From NCBI GenBank assembly GCA_965205335.1, contig OZ242164.1, positions 192,001-256,000 on the forward strand: 64,000 nt of DNA, given 5' to 3'. Below the pieces are notes generated by a model. It saw only the letters and a list, made by a program, of their open reading frames with translations, did not search any database and was not told where the DNA came from. This DNA is from Candidatus Woesearchaeota archaeon. GTDB taxonomy: Archaea > Nanobdellota > Nanobdellia > Woesearchaeales > UBA583. Positions 29,290 through 38,976 of this stretch are shown piece by piece (position 1 is the first letter of the stretch; every line of letters begins with the position of its first letter). Made by a program: the position numbers and the translations under genes.

Positions 29290-30557
29290 ATCCTTAGGAA
29301 TTTCCTGTTTCCTAAGTAAGGTCTTAGAACTCTTGGAATTCTTACATTTGCATCCATTGTCTGATACTGTTCAATTATTGCAATAATAACCCTTGTTAGA
29401 GCAATTGCTGTTGAGTTCAAAGTGTGCATAAATTCTAATGTTCCATCTTCTGTCTGATACCTTGCATTTAACCTTCTTGCTCCATAATCTCTATAATTTG
29501 AGGCGCTAACCATTTCACGATACTTTTTCTGAGAAGGCAGCCACGCTTCAATATCAAATTTTCTTGATGCCATCGAACCAATATCTCCACTACAAATATC
29601 AACAACTCCATAATGCAGTCCCAACTCATCAAAAATCTCCTTTGCATTACCTAATATCTCCTCATACAACTCATCTGAATCTTCTGGCTTTGAAAATATG
29701 AACTGTTCAATCTTATTAAAATTATGAACTCTAAATATCCCCTTTGAGTCCTTTGTAACTCCAAGTTCCTTTCTAAAACACGCAGAAAAACCAACATACT
29801 TCAAAGGTAAATCCTTATGATTAATTTCACAATCAGCATGCAACACAGCAAGAGCATGCTCTGATGTTCCAATCAAACATAAATCCTCTCCCTCAATATC
29901 ATAAATTAATTCCTTAAAATCACTAAGCGAAACAGACTTTCCAAGCGCTTCTTTTCTAAGCATGGGAGGAACTTCTATAGGACAATAACCTTTTGAAATC
30001 ATTTTATTTAAAACATAATTGTAGAGGGCAAATTGAAGCATTACAAGTTCATTTTTCAAGTAATAAAAACGTTTCCCTGAATGCTTTGCGGCAGTCTTTA
30101 AATCATACCAATCATTTGCCTCGCAGATTTCCTGATGTGTTTTTACATCAAATTCAAATTCAGGTTTCTTTCCTCTTCTTTCCACCTCAACATTATCCTC
30201 TTCATCTTCGCCATAAGGAACTTCTTTATCTAAGAGATTTGGAATTTTTATCAATATCTCATCTCTCTCACTTTCCAAATTTTTAACTTGCTCATCCTTA
30301 TTAACTATATCATCCGCTACCTTCTTAACCTTATCCAACTGGGACTTAATATCTCCTCCTTCCTTTTTCACTTGCGCTATAAGTTTTGACTCCTTATTTT
30401 TTTCTGATTTTAGTTTGTCTAAGTCAAATTTAGCCTTTCTCCACTTCTCATCTGCTCTTAGGACTTCATCAACAATTGATACATCAAAATCAACTCTTCT
30501 TTTCAATTCCTCTTTCACAAAATCAGGTCTTTCACGAATTAATTTAATATCAAGCAT
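29286..30557 (-). CDS. serS: Serine--tRNA ligase
   Basis: MLDIKLIRE, LIGTSEH, CFRKE, GIFRVHNFNKIEQ, DIEAWLP, HTLNSTA. Confidence 0.97.
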   Translation of the reverse strand: MLDIKLIRERPDFVKEELKRRVDFDVSIVDEVLRADEKWRKAKFDLDKLKSEKNKESKLIAQVKKEGGDIKSQLDKVKKVADDIVNKDEQVKNLESERDEILIKIPNLLDKEVPYGEDEEDNVEVERRGKKPEFEFDVKTHQEICEANDWYDLKTAAKHSGKRFYYLKNELVMLQFALYNYVLNKMISKGYCPIEVPPMLRKEALGKSVSLSDFKELIYDIEGEDLCLIGTSEHALAVLHADCEINHKDLPLKYVGFSACFRKELGVTKDSKGIFRVHNFNKIEQFIFSKPEDSDELYEEILGNAKEIFDELGLHYGVVDICSGDIGSMASRKFDIEAWLPSQKKYREMVSASNYRDYGARRLNARYQTEDGTLEFMHTLNSTAIALTRVIIAIIEQYQTMDANVRIPRVLRPYLGNRKFLRI

Positions 30558-30691
30558 AGTTATGTCACACACTTTTCATATTTAAACATTTCTATTGTTA
30601 CATAAAATATTTGTTATCATTTAAAGTAAATAGTAAAATTTTATGAACTCTCTAAGTCTTTCTTTTAGAATTCAAAAAGGTACTAAAAAAA

Positions 30692-31762
30692 ATGTTAAAT
30701 GAAAAGCAAGCAAGAGAACTTATGGAAGAGTATGGCCCAACAGTAAATGAAGGTAGAACAATTGAAGAGTTAATTAGAGATAATGAGATTCCAAGACTAA
30801 ATGAGGAAGACATAGAAACCAGAAAAGGGAAAGTAACTGATAGTGTTTTTGGCGAAAACTTAAAAATTGAATATCTTCCCCTTCGCCTTATGTATAGAAC
30901 AAACAAGGTATCAACTCATGATATAAACAGAGGAACTATTCCTTTTAAGGATCAGGTTCTTGCAGTGAATCACGAATTTATGAGAGGACTTGTAGGAAAA
31001 ACTTTAGGAGATCCTCAATTCAATATTCTAAATCTTGAGCCAACATCAACAGTAATCCCTACTGTTAATCTTCATATGATAATGATAGAGAGTGTTCTTA
31101 GAAAATATATGGCAGAAAGCTCCACTCAAACCTCACTCTATCAGGCATGGTTGAGGGCTAAACAAGATGACTTAGAAAGTTTTAATTATGCAGGAAGAGA
31201 TTTTAAGGTAAGTAATTTATCTCCTAACGGACTTCTCCCATTCCTACTTGATTCTCCATCTACAAAATCAGAGGTTGATGAAACCATATCACCCGAGGAA
31301 GTCATTAGCAGAGGAATATGTACAGAAGGTGATTATACAAAGATAGTAAACGTTGGAAGTCAAGCATTTAACCTTGTAGCAGACTATCTTTCCGAAAGTG
31401 GTTTGGTGTTAGTTGATACCAAATTAGAGCACGGAAGAATACCTAGTAAAATAATTAAGAGTCAAATTTTTGGAGCAGACGAATTATTTACATTGGATTC
31501 TTCACGATTCTGGAGACTTGATGATTCTGGTAATATTGAAATAGGAGAAAATGGAAAACCTGTTTCATATTCAAAGGAATTTGTTAGAGGAATGGAGTTT
31601 GATAAAAGAGGTCTCTTAAAGCCTGAAGATGAAATAAGAGCAGGAGTTAGATATATAATAGGAATTCAGCATATAATAGGAAAGGAGTTTAAGCCAGATT
31701 TAAGACCAAGAGATGAGAGAATTGTAGAATCAACAAATATGATACTTAAGTATCTAACATAA
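30692..31762 (+). CDS. purC: SAICAR synthase family protein
   Basis: KGKV, VSTHD..IPFKDQVL, PSTK, LVDTKLEHG, ADELFTLDSSRFW, SYSKEFVR. Confidence 0.82.
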   Translation: MLNEKQARELMEEYGPTVNEGRTIEELIRDNEIPRLNEEDIETRKGKVTDSVFGENLKIEYLPLRLMYRTNKVSTHDINRGTIPFKDQVLAVNHEFMRGLVGKTLGDPQFNILNLEPTSTVIPTVNLHMIMIESVLRKYMAESSTQTSLYQAWLRAKQDDLESFNYAGRDFKVSNLSPNGLLPFLLDSPSTKSEVDETISPEEVISRGICTEGDYTKIVNVGSQAFNLVADYLSESGLVLVDTKLEHGRIPSKIIKSQIFGADELFTLDSSRFWRLDDSGNIEIGENGKPVSYSKEFVRGMEFDKRGLLKPEDEIRAGVRYIIGIQHIIGKEFKPDLRPRDERIVESTNMILKYLT

Positions 31763-31875
31763 TAATTTTTATCTATCTACAATTTAGGTTTACGATATTT
31801 CTTAATTAGTTTTTTCCAAGATAAACTACAATAAACTTTATATTAATAGTTCAATTTCTCTTCTTTATTATTCAT

Positions 31876-31950
31876 GGCCCTATAGCTTAATCTGGATTAG
31901 AGTAAGAGGTTTCGGCCCTCTTGGTGCGGGTTCAAATCCCGCTGGGGTCT
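31876..31950 (+). tRNA. tRNA-Arg (UCG)
   Basis: Cloverleaf: acceptor GGCCCTA/TGGGGTC, anticodon arm AGAGG-TTTCGGC-CCTCT, T arm GCGGG-TTCAAAT-CCCGC, A20 present; discriminator appears to be U; CCA not encoded. Confidence 0.9.
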
Positions 31951-32099
31951 TTTCTTAATTGCATTTACGCTTATTCCCAGTAAAAACACACTAAAAAAAT
32001 AGAATATTCTGAATAAAAATTAAGATTATGGGATAAAATTTCGTAATATTTTTAATATTAAATCTCAAAATTTCCTAAAAACAACAAACTTATAAATAT

Positions 32100-32678
32100 G
32101 TGTCTCTTAACAGTAGTAATGTGGCATTATATGACAGAATACTTTTTAGGAATAAAACATTCCATCTTCTATCACCTATCACTAAGAAAGAATTCATTGG
32201 AAATATGTCTTTAAGGTCGGCAAGTAAAAGAGATTTAACTTATTACATAAGTAGGTCCATCATGGGCTATAAAGACTATTCTGATATAAGAAACAAGCGA
32301 GGAGAATTATATGTAATTAGGAAAACTACTGAGAAAGACAGGTGGTATGGAGTTCTAAAATTTGTAGCCTCTTCTAATCAACTTAAAGGACTTAATGAGA
32401 ATTCCATAATTCAAATTATAGGACCAACATCATATAATCTTAATTGGGGAGTTTTTGAAGACGACCTAAATAAATTATATGAATCTATAAGCAATAAATT
32501 AGAAGAAAACTTATATAGAGAACCTGAAAGAACTAAAATGATTAAAGGTAGAACATTGAATGTCTATAGAGATACAAAACAAGATAACAAGATAACTTAC
32601 AGAGATCAAAATGACGCAGAATATAGATCTTCAGATGGGCAGGTAGACAGACAATTAAAACTAAATTTCTCAACCTGA
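32100..32678 (+). CDS. Hypothetical protein
   Basis: 192-aa ORF preceded by AAACTTATAAATA; true start may be GTG 32121. Confidence 0.55.
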   Translation: MSLNSSNVALYDRILFRNKTFHLLSPITKKEFIGNMSLRSASKRDLTYYISRSIMGYKDYSDIRNKRGELYVIRKTTEKDRWYGVLKFVASSNQLKGLNENSIIQIIGPTSYNLNWGVFEDDLNKLYESISNKLEENLYREPERTKMIKGRTLNVYRDTKQDNKITYRDQNDAEYRSSDGQVDRQLKLNFST

Positions 32679-32698
32679 TCTCTACAAAAACAGAATAT

Positions 32699-33514
32699 TT
32701 AAACTCTACTTTTAAAAATTGAAGAAAAAGGAATCGATAATAAAAACAAACCAATCAAATTCATTACAATAGTTGCTCCTACTGGCAAATCAAAAAGATA
32801 TGAACTAAAAATTCCAAGATAAATCCCTAATACACATGCAACACACGAAATCACAATTGACGCCTTAAACGACTTACCAATTCTTAACCCGATTAACGCT
32901 GGAATAACCAACAAAGCCGAAACCAATAAAATACCTACCACCCTAACAGAAATAACAACAGTAATGGCGCAAAGAACAATAAACACCTTATCTATTAACT
33001 CAACTTTCTTATTTCTAACCTTTGCAACATCAGAATTAAAAGCCAAATAAAGCAAACTCTTATAATTAAAAAAATAAAAAATACAAATCAGAATTAAAAC
33101 AATTATTGCAATAACAATATCAAAATAACTAATTGTAAGGATTGAACCAAACAAATATGAAAAAATATCAGTATTCATCTTATCTGCAATACTAATTAAT
33201 ATCAATGCAAAAGCCAACCCAAAAGACAAAATAAGAGCAATAGCACTCTCCCCATACAACTTTAACTTATTCACTAATCTATCAATTCCCAAAGATGCAA
33301 TAGTTACAAATCCCAAAGCCATAAGCATTGGATTAAAACCTGTTACAAACCCAAGAGCAATCCCCCCAAACGAAGCATGTGCAAACGAATCCCCTAAAAG
33401 AGATAACCTTTTCAAAATCAGAAAAACTCCAATCAACGCTGTAGCAATCCCTATAACTAACCCTCCAAGCAATGCCCTTTGCATAAAACCATAAGATAAA
33501 ACCTCAAAAACCAT
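32699..33514 (-). CDS. znuB: Zn/Mn ABC transporter permease
   Basis: FMQRAL, GDSFAHASFGG, YLFGSIL, VGILLVSALLVIP. Confidence 0.92.
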   Translation of the reverse strand: MVFEVLSYGFMQRALLGGLVIGIATALIGVFLILKRLSLLGDSFAHASFGGIALGFVTGFNPMLMALGFVTIASLGIDRLVNKLKLYGESAIALILSFGLAFALILISIADKMNTDIFSYLFGSILTISYFDIVIAIIVLILICIFYFFNYKSLLYLAFNSDVAKVRNKKVELIDKVFIVLCAITVVISVRVVGILLVSALLVIPALIGLRIGKSFKASIVISCVACVLGIYLGIFSSYLFDLPVGATIVMNLIGLFLLSIPFSSIFKSRV

Positions 33515-33515
33515 T

Positions 33516-34217
33516 TTAACTATGTCCTCTATGCTTATGACTTAACTCATGAAAACTATCCCCATAAGTAGAATATAACAATGAGTGAATATTCTTAGCA
33601 TCATCAACACATACCTTCTTATCATGAATACATACTATCTTCGTAAAATAACTTGAAATCATCCCTGTATCGTGTGTAACAAAAAGAATAGTCAAATTCC
33701 TTTCCTTATTTAACTTCTTTAACAATTTATAAAAATCCTCCTGAGTCTTTGTATCAACCCCAACCGTTGGCTCATCTAAAATTAGAATATCAGGATTAGA
33801 CAATAATGACAAAGCAATCATTACTCTTTGAGCCTGTCCTCCCGACAAATTCTTAAACTGCTTATCCTCAAAATTTGAAACTCCCAGACTCTTCAAAACA
33901 TCATCTCTTAAAGAACAATCACAACACTCCAAATCTAAAATCTCCTTAACCCTTGCAGGAAAATTAGAATCATAATTAAATTTCTGAGGAATATAAGATA
34001 ACCTACCATTAACCTTAATACTTGATTTCTTTGCCCTAAGCAAACCTAAGATTATCTTAACAAGAGTAGATTTCCCTGTCCCATTTGAACCAATAACTGC
34101 AACCAAATCTCCTTTATTAATTGAAAAGGAAACATTCTCTAAAACATTCTCCAAATCATTAAAAGAATACGTCAAATTCCTTACACTAATTATTGTTTTC
34201 ACTGTTTTTCTTTTCAT
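33516..34217 (-). CDS. znuC: Zn/Mn ABC transporter ATPase
   Basis: GSNGTGKST, LSGGQAQR, LDEPT, VTHD, His-rich C-terminus. Confidence 0.92.
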   Translation of the reverse strand: MKRKTVKTIISVRNLTYSFNDLENVLENVSFSINKGDLVAVIGSNGTGKSTLVKIILGLLRAKKSSIKVNGRLSYIPQKFNYDSNFPARVKEILDLECCDCSLRDDVLKSLGVSNFEDKQFKNLSGGQAQRVMIALSLLSNPDILILDEPTVGVDTKTQEDFYKLLKKLNKERNLTILFVTHDTGMISSYFTKIVCIHDKKVCVDDAKNIHSLLYSTYGDSFHELSHKHRGHS

Positions 34218-34290
34218 TTTCTAACTCTAACAAATCCAAAGCAAATTAAAAAGATATTGATTAACCATTTTAATATAAAACCTTCAAAAA

Positions 34291-35295
34291 TCAATTCATA
34301 TGACAATCAAGACCTATCTTCAAATTATTTAAATTACCTCTCATAATTGAAAAATAATCCTCATTCTCATTCATCTTTAAAGGATTTAATTCCAGAACTT
34401 CTGCTCCAATATCATTTGCAATAGTCTGTGCAGTTTTAGGATCTAACTGTCCTTCTGAGAAAATATACTTTAAATTATTCTCTCTTGCAACATTTATAAC
34501 TCTTTGAATTGTTTTAGGTGAAGGTTCACTCTGGGGAGAAAACCCAGAAATACTAACCTGTTCAAATCCATACTCATTAGCCAAATATCCAAAAGCTTTA
34601 TGATTTACAATTATTTTATCATTACTACAATTTGAAAGCCCCAAATCAAATTCCTCTTCCAACTCTCTAAGTTTCTCTAAATAAACTTCTGAATTCTCAG
34701 AATAAATCTGTGCATTTTGGGGATACATCTCACTTAAATGCTCTTCAATTTCCCTTGTCATCTTTTCCATATTATGAATTGATAACCAAACATGTGGATC
34801 ATATTCCTCACTATCATATTCATTAGATTCTTTGTCATCATGTCCTTGTTCATCCTCTTCACTTTCATCATATCTATGTTCATCTTCATCCAACTCCTTA
34901 TTATAATCTTCATTCTCTCCAACTAATTCTAACGTATGAGTTGCATCAATCATTTTAATGTCTGAATTTGCATCAAGTATCTTTTCTTCTATATTTTCAA
35001 AACCCCCACCCATTACAATAAAAACATCTGCTTTTGACAAAGAAACAACCTGAGTTGGCGTTGGTTCATAACTATGAGGATCAACTCCCACTGGAACTAA
35101 AACCAATACTTCCGCACTATCAAGAGCAATTGCTTCTGTAATCTCCTGAACTGGATAAAACGTCACAACAAAAATCTGATTATCCAATGCAACCTCTGAA
35201 CTATCCAAACTTGAAGAATTTACCTGAGCACACCCTGCAAAAAATAAAACAACAAACGCAAATAACAAACCCAACAAAACAAATTCTCTTTTCAT
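34291..35295 (-). CDS. znuA: Zn ABC transporter substrate-binding lipoprotein
   Basis: Lipobox FAGC, DPHSYEP, acidic/His loop, DPHVWLS, HKAFGY. Confidence 0.92.
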   Translation of the reverse strand: MKREFVLLGLLFAFVVLFFAGCAQVNSSSLDSSEVALDNQIFVVTFYPVQEITEAIALDSAEVLVLVPVGVDPHSYEPTPTQVVSLSKADVFIVMGGGFENIEEKILDANSDIKMIDATHTLELVGENEDYNKELDEDEHRYDESEEDEQGHDDKESNEYDSEEYDPHVWLSIHNMEKMTREIEEHLSEMYPQNAQIYSENSEVYLEKLRELEEEFDLGLSNCSNDKIIVNHKAFGYLANEYGFEQVSISGFSPQSEPSPKTIQRVINVARENNLKYIFSEGQLDPKTAQTIANDIGAEVLELNPLKMNENEDYFSIMRGNLNNLKIGLDCHMN

Positions 35296-35319
35296 ATATA
35301 CTAATGATTTCGTTAAGTT

Positions 35320-35346
35320 TATAAGTATTATTAATTCTCATTATCA
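35320..35346. promoter_or_regulatory. Fur/Zur-box-like operator between divergent znuA and regulator
   Basis: Minus strand GATAATGAGAATTAATAATA resembles the Fur box GATAATGATAATCATTATC and overlaps the TATA region. Confidence 0.55.
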
Positions 35347-35351
35347 GTAAG

Positions 35352-35717
35352 ATGAACCAAAGCAGAAATACAATCCAGAAAAAAATAATAGAACAGGAAA
35401 TAGACAACATAAAAACTTTCTTTTCAGCAGAAGACCTTTTAGAAAAAGTGTCTCAGAAAAATAGAAAAATAGGAATTGCAACCATCTATCGGCACTTAAA
35501 AACTTTAAGAAAAAACGAAGAAATATATTCCTACTCCTGTTTGGGGAAAACCGTTTACTCAAATACTAAAAGAAGTCACTGTCATTTCTTATGCACAAAA
35601 ACAGGAAAAGTGATTCACTTTGACATAAAAAACTTAGATTTTCTAAAAGATAACATCCCAGGAGAAATTGAAAGTTTTCAGATTGAAGTTAAAGGAATTC
35701 ACAAAGATTCAGAATAA
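35352..35717 (+). CDS. Fur-family regulator (Zur-like)
   Basis: RNTIQK, FSAEDL, IGIATIYRHL, HCHFLC; divergent from znuACB. Confidence 0.88.
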   Translation: MNQSRNTIQKKIIEQEIDNIKTFFSAEDLLEKVSQKNRKIGIATIYRHLKTLRKNEEIYSYSCLGKTVYSNTKRSHCHFLCTKTGKVIHFDIKNLDFLKDNIPGEIESFQIEVKGIHKDSE

Positions 35718-35767
35718 ACCAAACCTAAAAAAACAATCATTATAAATAAACATTTACTATTACTAAT

Positions 35768-36097
35768 ATGTCTATATTTGGAAAATCATGTTTTGAATGC
35801 GGGAAAAAAACAAAATCTCTTATCTGTGGAAAATGTCACAAATGCTACAAGAAATCCTATCCTCCTGTTAAAGAAATCAAACCAATTAATCTTAAAATAT
35901 GCAACCAATGTAAAAAAATCCATATCAACAATTCCCTTCACACTCTTGATGAAATCAAAAAAATTCTGCCAAACATAATGAAAAAAAAAATTACATTAAA
36001 CGAAGGATACACACTAAAAAACATCTCCATAACAGACATAGGACTTGAAGGAAACAAATTAGTATTTAGTATGAAAATTAAAACTGATATAAAATAA
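35768..36097 (+). CDS. Short NMD3 N-terminal Zn-binding-like protein
   Basis: CFECG...CHKCY...ICNQC pattern of the archaeal NMD3 N-terminus; only 109 aa. Confidence 0.55.
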   Translation: MSIFGKSCFECGKKTKSLICGKCHKCYKKSYPPVKEIKPINLKICNQCKKIHINNSLHTLDEIKKILPNIMKKKITLNEGYTLKNISITDIGLEGNKLVFSMKIKTDIK

Positions 36098-36161
36098 ACC
36101 TAATATTTCTTATCCCACAGTTAAAATAAATTCATATTAAACACCCATCACTTGTAACTTT

Positions 36162-36650
36162 ATGAATTTTCCTAATCCATTTAAGAAAAAAGAAGATAGA
36201 GAATATAAACTAAATACAACACATCTTCCATCACTAAGTGATATGGGAACAGACAAGCCACAAGAGAATCCTCTAAACTCTCCTGTTTCTGCAATGCCAA
36301 CTTTTGGTTCTTCAAGTTCATTTGGGAGTACATCCCCTATCACTGATAAGCACGAGTACGATACACATGATTTTTCATCTTCAACACCAATTAAATCATT
36401 AAGTTCAGGGTTCAATCCTGAGCCAACAAACAACAGTTCAAATGAGAGCAACTCAGACAACAGCATCCACGTAGAAATAACTAAAACAAAAATTGACACA
36501 CTTGAAGCAAAAATCACATTAATTGGAGCCAAACTAAATAATATAGAACAAAAATTAGAATTAATCTTTCAGATGATGGAAAACGAAGTATCAGAAGAAA
36601 CCAGAAGAAAGATAAGGGTTGACTCAATGATGAACAAAATCAGGGGTTGA
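36162..36650 (+). CDS. Hypothetical protein (Ser-rich disordered N-terminus, coiled-coil C-terminus)
   Basis: 162-aa ORF; KIDTLEAKITLIGAKLNNIEQKL heptads. Confidence 0.65.
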   Translation: MNFPNPFKKKEDREYKLNTTHLPSLSDMGTDKPQENPLNSPVSAMPTFGSSSSFGSTSPITDKHEYDTHDFSSSTPIKSLSSGFNPEPTNNSSNESNSDNSIHVEITKTKIDTLEAKITLIGAKLNNIEQKLELIFQMMENEVSEETRRKIRVDSMMNKIRG

Positions 36651-36686
36651 ATCTAAAGGATTTACAGTTAGTTAAAAACAAAAAAA

Positions 36687-37436
36687 TTATCTCATCTCAT
36701 TCCATTTCTTAGTTGAATACTTCTCTTCTGAAAGTTCCTTTGCTCTTATAATCTCTTCCTCACTATAATCCCTAATTTCCAGATTATACCTCTTTCTAAA
36801 AGAATTCTCCAAAGCATTACAAACAGAATCAAAACCAACATCAACTTCATCACTAATCGAAGTTACCCTCTTCTTAACAGAACTTATTAATTTATCTGCA
36901 ATCTTCTCCTTCCCAACACTCAAAAGAGAAAACATCTTGTCAACATCAACCTTAAACAAAAGAGTTCCGTGCTGAAGAAGTATCCCTTCCCTTCTTGTCT
37001 GAGCACTTCCTGAAATCTTTCTTCCATTAACTATAATATCATTTATCGGAGAAAAAACTGCCTTTATCCCAATTTCAGACAAAGCATTAATTAACACATT
37101 GCAAATCTCCTCATACGAGTCGCGAATATTTTTGCTAAAATAACTATCAGGAGCAATAACTGAATACGTAATCTCACCTAGTACATCATGATAAACTGCT
37201 CCTCCTCCAGTTCTTCGGCGAACAATATCAACCCCTTCTCTAATACATTCCTCCTCATTTACCTCAATATGATAACCTTGAAAATAACCAATAGAAATTG
37301 CAGAAGGTTTCCATGTATATATCCTGATTGTAGGATTTGACTTTTTAGAACGAACACTCTCGCAAATTGCCTCATCCAAAGCCATATTCATATAAGCATC
37401 AAATTCCTTTTGCCTTATGAACCTAAACTTATTCAT
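36687..37436 (-). CDS. lplA: Lipoate-protein ligase catalytic subunit
   Basis: NMALDEA, RRRTGGGAVYHD, NDIIVNGRKISGSAQ, LQHGTL. Confidence 0.92.
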   Translation of the reverse strand: MNKFRFIRQKEFDAYMNMALDEAICESVRSKKSNPTIRIYTWKPSAISIGYFQGYHIEVNEEECIREGVDIVRRRTGGGAVYHDVLGEITYSVIAPDSYFSKNIRDSYEEICNVLINALSEIGIKAVFSPINDIIVNGRKISGSAQTRREGILLQHGTLLFKVDVDKMFSLLSVGKEKIADKLISSVKKRVTSISDEVDVGFDSVCNALENSFRKRYNLEIRDYSEEEIIRAKELSEEKYSTKKWNEMR

Positions 37437-37719
37437 TTGAAATCACCTCTAAAATTGCATTTGCAATATCATCTGAACTAACCCCAATTAAACTAGCATT
37501 TCTGCTTGAAAGAGCCCCATCAATCTTATCCTTTAACTCACCGCAAGAAATATCAGAACGAACGCCATTTAATACACTCTCAATATCAGTTATTGTTTCC
37601 TCTGGATGCAAAAAAAAATCCCCAGTAATCTTAATTTTCTCAATCTTAGAATCAAAATCCAAATCAATTCTAAACAACTTTCCTCCCTCAACCTTTTTCG
37701 TTATAGTTTTTAAAACCAT
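37429..37719 (-). CDS. Lipoate-protein ligase C-terminal domain subunit (LplB-like)
   Basis: KVEGGKL, IKITGDFFLHPEE; overlaps the lplA start. Confidence 0.85.
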   Translation of the reverse strand: MVLKTITKKVEGGKLFRIDLDFDSKIEKIKITGDFFLHPEETITDIESVLNGVRSDISCGELKDKIDGALSSRNASLIGVSSDDIANAILEVISNE

Positions 37720-37806
37720 AACTTTGCATATTCCATATATTTTATAAAATTTTCCAACTAACCCAAAGTAAAAGAACTTTATAATATCTAAAAAAATAAA
37801 AAGCAT

Positions 37807-38679
37807 ATGAAACAAAAGCCAGACTGGATAAGATACAAACTTTCTCTAAACAACGACTATTCCAAAATTAAAAATGCTTTAAGAAAAAGAGGATTAGTTA
37901 CTGTATGCGAAGAGGCAAGATGCCCAAACATTTCACAGTGCTGGGACAAAGAAGGAACTGCGACATTCATGCTCTTAGGGGATACATGCACAAGAGGATG
38001 TAAATTCTGCGCCATTAAAACAGCAGTAAAAGGAAAGGAAATTGATAAAGATGAACCCTCAAAATTAGCCGATGCCATAGAAGAAATGGGGCTTGACTAT
38101 GCAGTTTTAACAGTTGTTGACAGAGATGACTTAGAAGATGGAGGAGCAAACCACATAGCAAATTCAATCAGAAAAATAAAAGAAAAATCAGAAGCATTTG
38201 TTGAAATCTTATCAGGAGACTTTGCAGGAGATTTAGACAACCTAAAAATAGTTATTGACTCAAACCCAGACGTATTCGCTCATAATATTGAAACTATAAA
38301 AAGACTTCAAAAAAAAGTAAGAGATCCAAGAGCTAATTATGAACAATCACTAATGATACTAAAACAAGCCAAGAAAATAAATCCTAACATAATAACAAAA
38401 TCATCAATAATCCTTGGATTTGGGGAAAATGAATTAGAAATATTCAAAACAATGATTGATTTAAGAAAAGTTGGCTGTGACATTTTAACACTTGGACAAT
38501 ATCTAAAACCAAAAAACTCAATACTTGATGTGTATGAATACATAACTCCTCAGAAATTCAATGACTACAAAATAATAGGAGAGAAATTAGGATTCAAATA
38601 TGTTGCAAGTGCCCCATTTGTCAGGTCATCATATATGGCAGGGGAATTATTTGTTAAAAATATTTTACTAAACAAATAA
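37807..38679 (+). CDS. lipA: Lipoyl synthase (radical SAM)
   Basis: KPDWI, CEEARCPNISQC, CTRGCKFC, HNIET, GQYL, PFVRSSY. Confidence 0.96.
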   Translation: MKQKPDWIRYKLSLNNDYSKIKNALRKRGLVTVCEEARCPNISQCWDKEGTATFMLLGDTCTRGCKFCAIKTAVKGKEIDKDEPSKLADAIEEMGLDYAVLTVVDRDDLEDGGANHIANSIRKIKEKSEAFVEILSGDFAGDLDNLKIVIDSNPDVFAHNIETIKRLQKKVRDPRANYEQSLMILKQAKKINPNIITKSSIILGFGENELEIFKTMIDLRKVGCDILTLGQYLKPKNSILDVYEYITPQKFNDYKIIGEKLGFKYVASAPFVRSSYMAGELFVKNILLNK

Positions 38680-38736
38680 GAAAAATTCACCCTACTTAAC
38701 AATAGAAATAAAAAATATGAAGCCCACAAACACTAA

Positions 38737-38839
38737 CCCAAATGCTCATAGCAGGACTTAGACGTCATATACTTGCAAAAGGATCCTCTGTGGAGGGCTT
38801 TACATCCCGTTGAAGAGTAACGAATTCTTCCATTGGGAC
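38737..38839. ncRNA. Candidate structured non-coding RNA, family unrecognised
   Basis: GC-rich island in an AT-rich intergenic region; terminal stem CCCAAATG/CATTGGG enclosing three hairpins; minus-strand TATA about 22 nt upstream. Confidence 0.45.
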
Positions 38840-38976
38840 AAACATAACAAACAATATCTATTATATAAAGATATTCCTTCAAATTACTTAAAGATAAGTG
38901 CCATTAATTATACACAAGAAAATTTAACCACATCTCCATCATATTTCTGAAACACCAATAAAAATTTAGCCAGAAA

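Noticed and set aside
38737-38839. Assignment as 5S rRNA, SRP RNA or fluoride riboswitch
   Set aside because: Only fragments match (CATAGC; ATGACGTCTA); the 5S loop C CCGAAC, the SRP helix 8 motif and the riboswitch P1 are missing, and no downstream gene fits
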